20,000 nucleotides of DNA from an uncultured virus (IMG/VR IMGVR_UViG_3300010885_046520) (Duplodnaviria > Heunggongvirae > Uroviricota > Caudoviricetes). The stretch spans positions 56,042 through 76,041 of the IMG/VR virus record IMGVR_UViG_3300010885_046520; one strand, 5' to 3'. Under the pieces are notes generated by a model, which saw nothing but the letters and a program-made list of their open reading frames with translations, searched no databases and was not told the origin of the DNA. This document shows, piece by piece, positions 1 to 8,400 of this stretch (position 1 is its first letter; each line of letters opens with the position of its first letter). A program made the position numbers and the translations under genes.

Positions 1-46
1 GTTTAATTGCAGCATCAGATTCTAATAGTTTTAATGAGAATTGCAT
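1..46 (-). CDS. 5' end of next virion-module gene (partial; MQFSLKLLESDAAIK...), function unknown
   Basis: ATG at 46-44 lies 1 nt after the TAA (50-48) of the upstream gene. The frame is open to the window edge. Confidence 0.6.
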   Translation of the reverse strand, partial: MQFSLKLLESDAAIK

Positions 47-47
47 T

Positions 48-581
48 TTAGGCCCTCGACCACATTGTAACAATATATCTATTATCTCCAAAACCACATG
101 GCTGTGGATCTCCAGCAGTCACATATGTATAGCCCCCATAATTAGCTATATTTTTATCTATAGTGATATATTGAGCATTTTTAATTTTAGGAAGAAGGGA
201 AATTGAGCATATGGTTTGAACCATGCCGTCCACTATGTTAACAGCATCTGCTTTAGTTGACCAATTAAACCAATATTTACTATCAAATAGCACTGCTAAA
301 TATATAGTTTCTTCATTAGCTTGATCAATTAGTCCATATCCATTACAAACTGGACAAATAGTATCCGTAGTAAAAGAAATGGGACCGGTGCCATTATATC
401 TATTGGCTGATCTTATAGAAATTGGATCAAATATACAGTTATGACATGGCTTATTATTGGAAGAACCGTAGGATATAACACAGGGAACAGCAAGTCCCGT
501 ATTAGACAATAGTGAGTCTATGGCTTGATTGTATAAGTTTTTATAACCAGCAGATATTAAACCTTCAAAAGGATTAGCCAT
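48..581 (-). CDS. Phage virion protein with two CxxC motifs (CHNC...CPVCNGYG); probable neck/head-closure-type protein, 177 aa
   Basis: Start moved from 632 to the ATG at 581 (MANPFEG), which has an AAGGA RBS at about 589-594 and avoids overlap with the upstream gene. Zn-ribbon-like Cys pairs are seen directly. The neck role is inferred from context and the beta-rich C-terminus. Confidence 0.6.
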   Translation of the reverse strand: MANPFEGLISAGYKNLYNQAIDSLLSNTGLAVPCVISYGSSNNKPCHNCIFDPISIRSANRYNGTGPISFTTDTICPVCNGYGLIDQANEETIYLAVLFDSKYWFNWSTKADAVNIVDGMVQTICSISLLPKIKNAQYITIDKNIANYGGYTYVTAGDPQPCGFGDNRYIVTMWSRA

Positions 582-613
582 ATTAATTATCCTTAGAGTA
601 AAAATACTAATAT

Positions 614-623
614 AAAATACACA
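614..623 (-). promoter_or_regulatory. Variant copy (TGTGTATTTT) of the putative phage promoter motif
   Basis: Lies in the 44-nt gap upstream of the ATG at 581, in the sense orientation. One mismatch to GGTGTAT. Confidence 0.4.
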
Positions 624-625
624 TT

Positions 626-1570
626 TTACCAACTACTATGAGGAGAACGTCTCCAAGTATTACTGCCCACACAAATATATAAATAGGATGAATCCCATAC
701 TATATCACCAGGATTTCCAGAAGAGGAGGATGAGGCTATCATTCTGTAGGGTATATTAGTAACTGATCTAGAAAAATCTACAATATCAGATAAATAATGT
801 TTATGTCCGCTAATAGAATAATTACCAACAGGTTGCGGAATATAGTTTAATGCTCCACTAATATCTGTAAAAGATAAAGTAACAGTACCTGACCTAGCAT
901 TAAATGATGTTACTCCACTATTTCCTAATGAATCAATAGTGATAGTATTAGAAGAATTATTATAGTATACATTAGTATATCCACTACCAACAATATTCAG
1001 TCTTTCATTGTTAGAATAATAAATAACTGGCGCAGTTCCGTCTCCTATGGTTAAATTATGAATATGATTACTATAAGAATATGAACCAGTAGGTTGTTTA
1101 GCATCCAACAAACCTTGAAGGCCATCTACTTGATCAACTATATGATGATGACCATATAAGCTATAATCTCCAGAAACCTGTGGTACATAACCGAGCCTGC
1201 TAATGATATTTGGAGCAGTTAAGAAACCGGAACCAGATTTGGTATCTATCACTACGCTACGAGCAGCATTGTTATATGATATAGTTGTATCACCTGAACC
1301 TACAACATTGAGATATTGTCCACTGGATAAATTAATAGCTACTCGTGGGTCTGCTCCATCTGCTATGGATAGATAAATTTCTGGAAAATTGATAGTTACA
1401 GGAGGAATGTCTACATATGATAGACCAGACCAAGCAGTAACTCCGTCTCCAACTTTTAAGTATCTGGATTCGGTCTCATATCCTGGTTCTCCTAAAGCTA
1501 AGATGGGATTAACAGAAATCCATTCTCCACTAGGGGCTCTTCGTAGTCTAATTCTTCGATAATCACTCAT
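626..1570 (-). CDS. Fibre protein with Mtd_N (major tropism determinant N-terminal)-like domain, tail-fibre repeats and HxH motifs, 314 aa
   Basis: N-terminus IRLRR...EWISVNPILALGEPGYETESRYLKVGDGVTAW matches the Mtd_N/hyaluronidase-N pattern. Also contains GVTSFNARSGTVTL, GHHHIVDQVDGLQGLLDAK and the C-terminal GDIVWDSSYLYICVGSNTWRR fibre motif. ATGA overlap with the upstream gene. Confidence 0.8.
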   Translation of the reverse strand: MSDYRRIRLRRAPSGEWISVNPILALGEPGYETESRYLKVGDGVTAWSGLSYVDIPPVTINFPEIYLSIADGADPRVAINLSSGQYLNVVGSGDTTISYNNAARSVVIDTKSGSGFLTAPNIISRLGYVPQVSGDYSLYGHHHIVDQVDGLQGLLDAKQPTGSYSYSNHIHNLTIGDGTAPVIYYSNNERLNIVGSGYTNVYYNNSSNTITIDSLGNSGVTSFNARSGTVTLSFTDISGALNYIPQPVGNYSISGHKHYLSDIVDFSRSVTNIPYRMIASSSSSGNPGDIVWDSSYLYICVGSNTWRRSPHSSW

Positions 1571-4032
1571 AATTTTTTAACTCCGAAAATTAAACCAGTA
1601 ACTTGTGGTACGAGCCAGTTTTCTTGTGTAATTGGATTTTGATTAACATAATATTGATATGTTTTATAGCTTGTTTTATTAACGGTTTGTATGGGTCCAA
1701 CCTCTACATAATCATCTATTTTAGTTTTGAATGGTGTGATCGATGGAGTAAAATTAGTAGGATAACGATTCACTCCAGAAGTTATTCTATATTCATCAAT
1801 ATATCCTCCTTTACCAATACTTAAATTTACATTAGTGATTTGAGCATTAGTATTAGTATCTAAAATTGTAAAAATAGACCTAATAGTAGAACCATCAAAG
1901 GATGCTGTGTAGGGTGTGCTGAACGAACCTTGTGTTTCAGCTGGGTAAACAAAAGAAGTAACACTGCCACTATTGGATAGATAATAAGAACTACCTGCTT
2001 GACCATTAAGATAGCAAATAATATTATTAGTACTATTTCTTGTGATAGCAACGTGGTGCCAAACTCCTGTGCTCGCTATAGTAGGAAAAAATAATTGCCT
2101 TTGTACACTTGCTGATTGGAATAATCCGTCTCCATCATCGCTGGTTTTAAAATTAGATACATATTGTATGCCGCTAGTATTAGCAGCAAATGAATAGGTC
2201 TGAAAACTCCAATATTGAATATTAGGATTTGGAGTTTTATCAAACAATGATATAGATGTAGTATTATTGGGAAAGTAAACCCAAGATTCTATAGTAAAAA
2301 TAGATCCTGATGGGTCAGGATAATTCAAGTGTAGATAAGAATTTTGATTGGGGAAACTAATACTACGACTACCGACTTTACTGGGAGAAGTGGTTGTTGT
2401 CACCGACCCAGTATAGCTAATATTATTACTAAATGTGGATGAGTCTGCAATAGGAGTAGACTCTCCATGCAAGAGCAATGTTACGTTAGGCTCATAAGTA
2501 TCAGTCTGTCCAGAATACATAACATTGATAAATTTAGTATCTAAATATTTTTTCCTAGCGCTATTATATACTTTCATTCCTCCGATAGCATCATTAAAAC
2601 TACCTCTCCAAACAGAATCAGTATCAAAAGCATCCCAATAAATATTTGATTTATAGTTAGGTCCACTCATTTTTATAGCATCTATATTACCGCTAATAAT
2701 AGCTGTCACATTATTACCATCAGCATCTGGAACTAAAAAAGCTCTTCTATGACTACTGTAGTCATAATATGTAGAATTAGATGGAGAACCATCATCGTTA
2801 AATGTTTTTGTAATAGAACGAACAGTAGGGTCTTTATACCATTTTAATAATCCATCAGATGCTCCATAATTATCTACCAAACTACCACTAACTCCAGGAT
2901 AGATAGACATAACTTTAGCAGAGCTTCCTATCCAATAGGATGGGGGTGGGTCGGCATTATCCACTAAAACCAAGTCGTCTAGTAACCAAACTCTTCCTCT
3001 CATATAATACCAGGAATCTTTCCATAAATCCTCTCCTTGTATAGAAGAAGTTATTCCATTCATAACGGAATTTGAATAAGTACGATTATAAAATCGTAAA
3101 TTATTAAAATTAAAACCGCTTATTGGTAAACTCAGATCCCATGACTCTTTTAGAATATTAGGATTTGAATTGACTACCGGGATATTAATATCTTCTACAT
3201 TTAGATATAATAGAGGAGGATTAACAGATTGATCTATAGAGAATTCTAAATGACACCACCTACTAATCATAGCGCTAAATCCATCTCCTTTATTAGTGTC
3301 CGCAATTGTTAATATTTTATTAGTAGTAGAATCAAATACAGAAGATATTTGATAACGATTGATCATTCCATAAATATTTAAATCAAAATAACCTACTGTT
3401 TGATCATTTTGTTGTATTTCTAAAGCTAGTGTCTCTTTCTTATTATTCAGTGTGCTGAGATTATTCCCAGTAATTTTTACAACATTAACTGTTAAACAAG
3501 GAAGACTTCCACTATTAAAACTAAATAATGTATGTCTATGCGGATAAGTAGAATAATCGCTATGCTTAGATTCTAAACCAAGACATCTCATAGATAAGTA
3601 TGAGATATTACCTGACGGAGAAGGGAATCCACTGGCCTGTAAATATGTTGGGGTTTCTAAATTATTAGTATCTTCTATTTGTATATTAGTAAATGCTAAA
3701 AATCCTGGGGGACTTCCAAAGCCAGGATATGAATTTTTAGTATAGTCTATGTTACCATATGTACCATATAGAGCGGCCCTATTATCTGTGTATCTTCCAC
3801 TGGGAACTAATCCATTAATAGAGGTTGGAGTAGAGTATCTATAGAGAAAACCTAATTTCTGTGGGTCAAGAGACCCTAAATAGGTAGCAGAAAGATTATC
3901 TTCTATGACATACGGAGAATATCCACCGAAAGCGTATTTAGGAAAACTTTTAAATTGAGTAGACCAATACTTTGAATCTAGCTCATTTAAGAGTACTCCT
4001 TTATCAAAGCCTTCGAAAAATAAAGTAGACAT
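1567..4032 (-). CDS. Virion lectin-type protein with concanavalin A/LamG domain(s), 821 aa
   Basis: AGGAG RBS at 4038-4042. LamG signatures: VTLLLHG...DSS, FTIESWVY, WHHVAITR, YLNGQ, GYIDEYRIT...RY.TNFTP. N-terminus LFFEGFD and LDDLVLVD resemble a phage tail lectin-like family. Confidence 0.8.
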   Translation of the reverse strand: MSTLFFEGFDKGVLLNELDSKYWSTQFKSFPKYAFGGYSPYVIEDNLSATYLGSLDPQKLGFLYRYSTPTSINGLVPSGRYTDNRAALYGTYGNIDYTKNSYPGFGSPPGFLAFTNIQIEDTNNLETPTYLQASGFPSPSGNISYLSMRCLGLESKHSDYSTYPHRHTLFSFNSGSLPCLTVNVVKITGNNLSTLNNKKETLALEIQQNDQTVGYFDLNIYGMINRYQISSVFDSTTNKILTIADTNKGDGFSAMISRWCHLEFSIDQSVNPPLLYLNVEDINIPVVNSNPNILKESWDLSLPISGFNFNNLRFYNRTYSNSVMNGITSSIQGEDLWKDSWYYMRGRVWLLDDLVLVDNADPPPSYWIGSSAKVMSIYPGVSGSLVDNYGASDGLLKWYKDPTVRSITKTFNDDGSPSNSTYYDYSSHRRAFLVPDADGNNVTAIISGNIDAIKMSGPNYKSNIYWDAFDTDSVWRGSFNDAIGGMKVYNSARKKYLDTKFINVMYSGQTDTYEPNVTLLLHGESTPIADSSTFSNNISYTGSVTTTTSPSKVGSRSISFPNQNSYLHLNYPDPSGSIFTIESWVYFPNNTTSISLFDKTPNPNIQYWSFQTYSFAANTSGIQYVSNFKTSDDGDGLFQSASVQRQLFFPTIASTGVWHHVAITRNSTNNIICYLNGQAGSSYYLSNSGSVTSFVYPAETQGSFSTPYTASFDGSTIRSIFTILDTNTNAQITNVNLSIGKGGYIDEYRITSGVNRYPTNFTPSITPFKTKIDDYVEVGPIQTVNKTSYKTYQYYVNQNPITQENWLVPQVTGLIFGVKKL

Positions 4033-4099
4033 AGCATCTCCTAGACCAGAATTATATTATTAAATGTTGTCATTATAGTGGCTAATATAGTCCTGTAAG

Positions 4100-4109
4100 T
4101 TAATACACC
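4100..4109 (-). promoter_or_regulatory. Putative phage promoter motif GGTGTATTAA
   Basis: Identical 10-mer also at 18555-18564. Intergenic and in the sense orientation to the gene starting at 4032. Confidence 0.55.
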
Positions 4110-4112
4110 GGT

Positions 4113-4304
4113 TTAAACGATTGAAATCTGTAAGTCGCATGGTAAATCATATAATAAAACTTCGACAGAAACATAAGAAATTAAAACTGTCTCATTAGGA
4201 GCATTGTAGGTTAATAGATCATTAGACATATAAGAACAGTATATCCTATAAATTTCTCTGTCTTGATATGATAAAGGATATCCAAAAAATGGAGGTAGTA
4301 TCAT
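4113..4304 (-). CDS. Small hypothetical protein (63 aa), possible fibre-tip adaptor
   Basis: Strong AGGAG RBS at 4311-4315, 6 nt before the ATG. Fills the gap between two fibre/lectin genes in the same orientation. Confidence 0.7.
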   Translation of the reverse strand: MILPPFFGYPLSYQDREIYRIYCSYMSNDLLTYNAPNETVLISYVSVEVLLYDLPCDLQISIV

Positions 4305-4316
4305 GAATTTCTCCTA

Positions 4317-5471
4317 TTATTCTGGACCGCCATTTGCGTCGGTGGTGTCTCCAGATAGTATAATAGTATTATCTCCAGCCTTTACTAATGTTGCAACAGA
4401 GAATTGTCCTACTAGTTTAGAATGACCCAACCTATTTGACAATCCATTACCAGATAATCTTACTTGACCAGAACCCAGCTGAGAAATCAAACAATTAAAT
4501 CCTAATGATAAACTATCACTAAATTGCACATTTATGGCACGAATATTGTTTGTGAAAGTTAAAACTTTACCGTTATCAGACTGTACTATAGTATAACCAG
4601 AAGTTGAAATATTCTGCAAAGATGCCGAGAACCTATTTAATTCTCCATCTCCTAAAGATTGAGTTCCTGTGAAACTATTGCCACCATTTAGTTTAGCAAA
4701 AAGACCTGATGATAGAGTTGATATGTCTCCCAAACCAAGAGTATTTCGTTGAGCAGCTGCTGAGGCATCATTAATTAAAACTTTACCAGCATCGGTAATA
4801 GATATGGTTCCGTATTTATCTACTCCTGTGCCACAGATCAATTTATTTTGAATGATGGGAAGATTACTGAGTTCAGCTAGCCTGTTATTGTATGCTTGTA
4901 CGTTTGTTCCAATTGTTAGTCCACTAACAGATATAGTTAGAACATTGAGATCTTGATCAGCATAGCTTAATTGGATATAGTTTCCGGGCTGTAGTAGATT
5001 AGCTACTCTATCATCCACTGATTCATTAAAATTATCAATGTCGCTGGGATTGTGATGATGTCCAAGCGGAGAATATTGTGAGCTAAGACTGTCTGATGAA
5101 ATATTAATAGTTTTAGTATTGGGGACAAATGAAACAACAGTTCCTCCAGACCCAACAATATTTAAAGTCTCATTTTCTCGAATAGTAATATTACCGACAT
5201 TTAATTTGGTTAGTCCGGTACCCGGAGGCCCCTCCAAACCTGATGGTCCGATTGGACCGATTGGCCCCGATGGACCAACTTCACCCTGCAAACCGCTAGG
5301 CCCCGTTAATCCAGTTAAACCTCTTTCAACATAAACAACACTAACAGTATTATCAAAACCATCTATAATATTCAAATTTGTGGTAATAACACCAGGACTA
5401 TCAGCTTGGTCAGTAGACTGATTAATTATCAAAACTTTTTGAGATGGTGGTGTGATGTTAACAGTAGCCAT
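4317..5471 (-). CDS. Collagen-repeat-containing tail/neck fibre protein, 384 aa
   Basis: About 12 Gly-X-Y triplets (GLTGLTGPSGLQGEVGPSGPIGPIGPSGLEGPPGTG). Fibre motifs FNESVDDRV, GTNVQAY, AAAQRNTLGLG, AKLNGGNSFTGTQ. C-terminal YTIVQSDNGK...QLGSGQV...QFSVATLVK...LSGD domain is common in phage fibres. Confidence 0.8.
   Translation of the reverse strand: MATVNITPPSQKVLIINQSTDQADSPGVITTNLNIIDGFDNTVSVVYVERGLTGLTGPSGLQGEVGPSGPIGPIGPSGLEGPPGTGLTKLNVGNITIRENETLNIVGSGGTVVSFVPNTKTINISSDSLSSQYSPLGHHHNPSDIDNFNESVDDRVANLLQPGNYIQLSYADQDLNVLTISVSGLTIGTNVQAYNNRLAELSNLPIIQNKLICGTGVDKYGTISITDAGKVLINDASAAAQRNTLGLGDISTLSSGLFAKLNGGNSFTGTQSLGDGELNRFSASLQNISTSGYTIVQSDNGKVLTFTNNIRAINVQFSDSLSLGFNCLISQLGSGQVRLSGNGLSNRLGHSKLVGQFSVATLVKAGDNTIILSGDTTDANGGPE
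5213..5322 (-). repeat. GC-rich Gly-X-Y collagen-like coding repeat
   Basis: 9-nt periodicity (e.g. ggtccgattggaccgattggcccc) and a local GC spike in an AT-rich background. Confidence 0.85.
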
Positions 5472-5486
5472 AATTAAATACTATCC

Positions 5487-8400
5487 TTATGGTGAAGTTA
5501 AAGTTACTGTTTTTGTGTCAAAGCCAGTGTCATCATATACTTTAAGACTAAAACTATTAGAATTTGTCCAGTTATACCCTATAGAATTAATTCCAGATAA
5601 AGTAATAGACAATCTATCTGTAACACTATTATAATTATCGTTCATATTTTGAACATTTAATTTTCTAGTAAAGTTACAGATATTGTCATTAATTAAAATT
5701 TCTGGAGTGTAATTATAGACAGGTCGTAAGCCTCCCTCAATTTCGAAACTAAGGCTCCAAGAACCATTATTCCTACTAATACTAGTATTCGGTAATATGA
5801 TTTGGATAGGCTTATTAATAAATAATGGATATTCTACTACGTATTTTTTAGGAGTTAGACTAGTGCCAGAAAACGCTGGTAGTCCAGTATTCTCAAAAGA
5901 TACCATCTTATAAATATAGTCTTTGTATAAGCCAACCGGAGTGCCACTCAAACCAAATCTCCATTCTCCTTCTTTGGCATAAGTGATATCGTTTATCTTA
6001 ATTTGATCATAATAATTTTGTCTGAGGTCATAGAAACCAGAAACAGACAATCCGCTCATAAACGGATAATTACTAGGACCACTAAAAGAACCAATGATGG
6101 TTGTGCTATCTCCAGAAATAATAGACAGTTTATAATTGTATGGTAAAATATTATTATTTTCTGTAGAAATTCTTCCACTATCTAGGATATCAATATAGTC
6201 TCCAGAACTATAAGAGAGATTATTATGGTTAATAGTTACTGTGCCATTATCTATTGATTGTATAAAACATTTATCAGACACTATAACTAATCCAGTAGCA
6301 GATAATCCTTGTCTCTCAAAGGGAAGACTAATTGTATTATCATATGTGTTACTCAAAGCTATTCCTGTGGAAAAAGATAGATCTCCACTAAAAGTAAGTA
6401 AAACATAATCACGAGAATTAAAACCCGCTGGAAGTGATATGTTAATTTTTTGTCCATTAACGCCACCTAGAAAACCAGAATGTTGATATGTTCCAATTAA
6501 TACTTTATCATTAAGTTTTTTCTGTAGTATTCCAGTAAATAATGGAGCATAATTATATGATCTCCAAACAGTATTATCTGACAGCTGGTAAAATGGAACC
6601 TTTTGACTTCCTCCACTATAAGGAATATATCCTCCGATAGCCCTGACTGAGTATCCTGATATTGGAACTCCACTCAAGCAACTAATACTATTTTTGATGC
6701 CAGTCATGATAATAGGGGGAAAGCTAGTTTGTACCGGATTGTCATCTCTGTTTCCTCCCTTATGAATCCAAAAATATTCATTTTCTGTATATGATACAGC
6801 ATTATATTTATAAGTAGGAAATACATCAGGAGTATTATTTAAGAAGACAGAAAATACGGTTCCAGAATTAAGAACATTATTGAATTGAATTGGACTACCA
6901 TTGCTTGTACCAGCAGATACGCTAGATATAGCTCCAGCATCTATAGTGATACCAGAAACAGCATTTTTGATTACATAATTAATAGATATTACTCTATAGT
7001 TATCTGCTTGATCCCTTTCATATGCAGAATTACCATATGAACAACGACCTAATATGGAATATGGTTGATTGTTATATGCGAATGGAGCAATATCATATGA
7101 CGGTGGAGGGGCGGGAAGCTCTACTGATGGTCTTGGAATTTGCATACCGCTTAATCTGATATATCCTGTTTCCCAACAATTAGATGTTTTGACTGTGAAA
7201 ACAGAAGGATCAGAAATATAATTATCAATAGGCTTTATTATTAGACCAGTAAAAAATACATCATTCTTATTAAAGCTTCCTGATACTGGTATATCAGCGA
7301 CAAATGAAGGTTTAATTCTACCAAATAAACCATAAGATGTGACAGTACCTCCCCCAAGACTTATTGGTTTAAAGCTACCACAGCCCATGATTCCATTAGC
7401 AGTGTTGGAGTCTACAGTACCATTAAATGGTTGTAAATTAGACGTTCCATATGAAACCTGGCTAGACTTAACCAACCTTCCTACTCCTGTTGTTAGAACA
7501 TTGCCGAGAATAGTTATATAGCCAGAACCACCGATACTTTGTACTTTATATCCTTTATTAAGAGAGTTCGAAGGATTATTATCAAATTCAAAATAAGTAT
7601 CAGAATTATTAATATTAATTCTGGTATTAGTAATATATACTCTAGAATTGCTTCCACCACTATAGCTGAAGGTAGAAGTCTGGCAATTAGAATGAGGAAG
7701 GATACTGGTGCAGGTTAGGGATACTGGGTCGGACGGTGGCCAATATGTATTTATTGTTCCTCCGTCTATAGATTTAGTTCCTGATGGCTGTTGTACTCCT
7801 CCAACGCTTGATGCTCTTGGGGTATATGTTGGTTTTTCATTCTCAAAATAAAGAATAATATTTAAAGGAGATACTGGATTAGCTGTAGAAATATCTGTGA
7901 ATGTTAATTGTTTACTATCTGATTTATTTCTAGCGTCATAAACAGTTAATTTAAATTTTTCATCATACAAACCACCACTAGCAAAGGTTTGTGGAACACC
8001 GTAGATTCTCAATGTCCCACTAGATAAATTGTCCCATGGAGCGGAAGGGGATCCTCCTGGGAAACTAATGCTATAGCTTAAGCCAGATGGTAATGATCCG
8101 CTAACCACCCACCCAGTAATGCCTGTGGGTATGGGGCAGGCTGATCTGTTTTTAACACCAAATTTATAGTATCTATCAATTGCTACATCTCCACACTTTG
8201 GATATAGTTGAATAGGATTTTGAGCCTGTTGTAATGGAGCTTCTATAATTTCTGGTGCTGGATGAGCTGCTCCAACAGAATCAAGAGTGCTATACAAAAT
8301 AGAAGCATATGCTACATCAGAATCTAAGTAAATATTTTGTGTAGTATCAGTATCTATTGCTGTAATACTGAAAGATTTGAGACCACTTATATTACATAAA

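Noticed and set aside
582..632. N-terminal extension of the 48..632 ORF
   Set aside because: TTG start overlapping the upstream gene. The ATG at 581 has a clear RBS.
1410..1570. Mtd_N domain suggesting a diversity-generating retroelement
   Set aside because: No reverse transcriptase, no template/variable repeat pair and no C-type lectin C-terminus in the window. Mtd_N is a generic anchor domain.
4041..4073. 10-codon minus-strand uORF (MTTFNNIILV) and TATAAT in the lectin gene leader
   Set aside because: No RBS or convincing -35 element. Such matches are expected by chance in AT-rich DNA.
5119..5334. Plus-strand ORF with collagen-like GPIGPIGPDGP
   Set aside because: Antisense shadow of the real collagen: Gly (GGN) and Pro (CCN) codons mirror each other on the opposite strand. 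No RBS.
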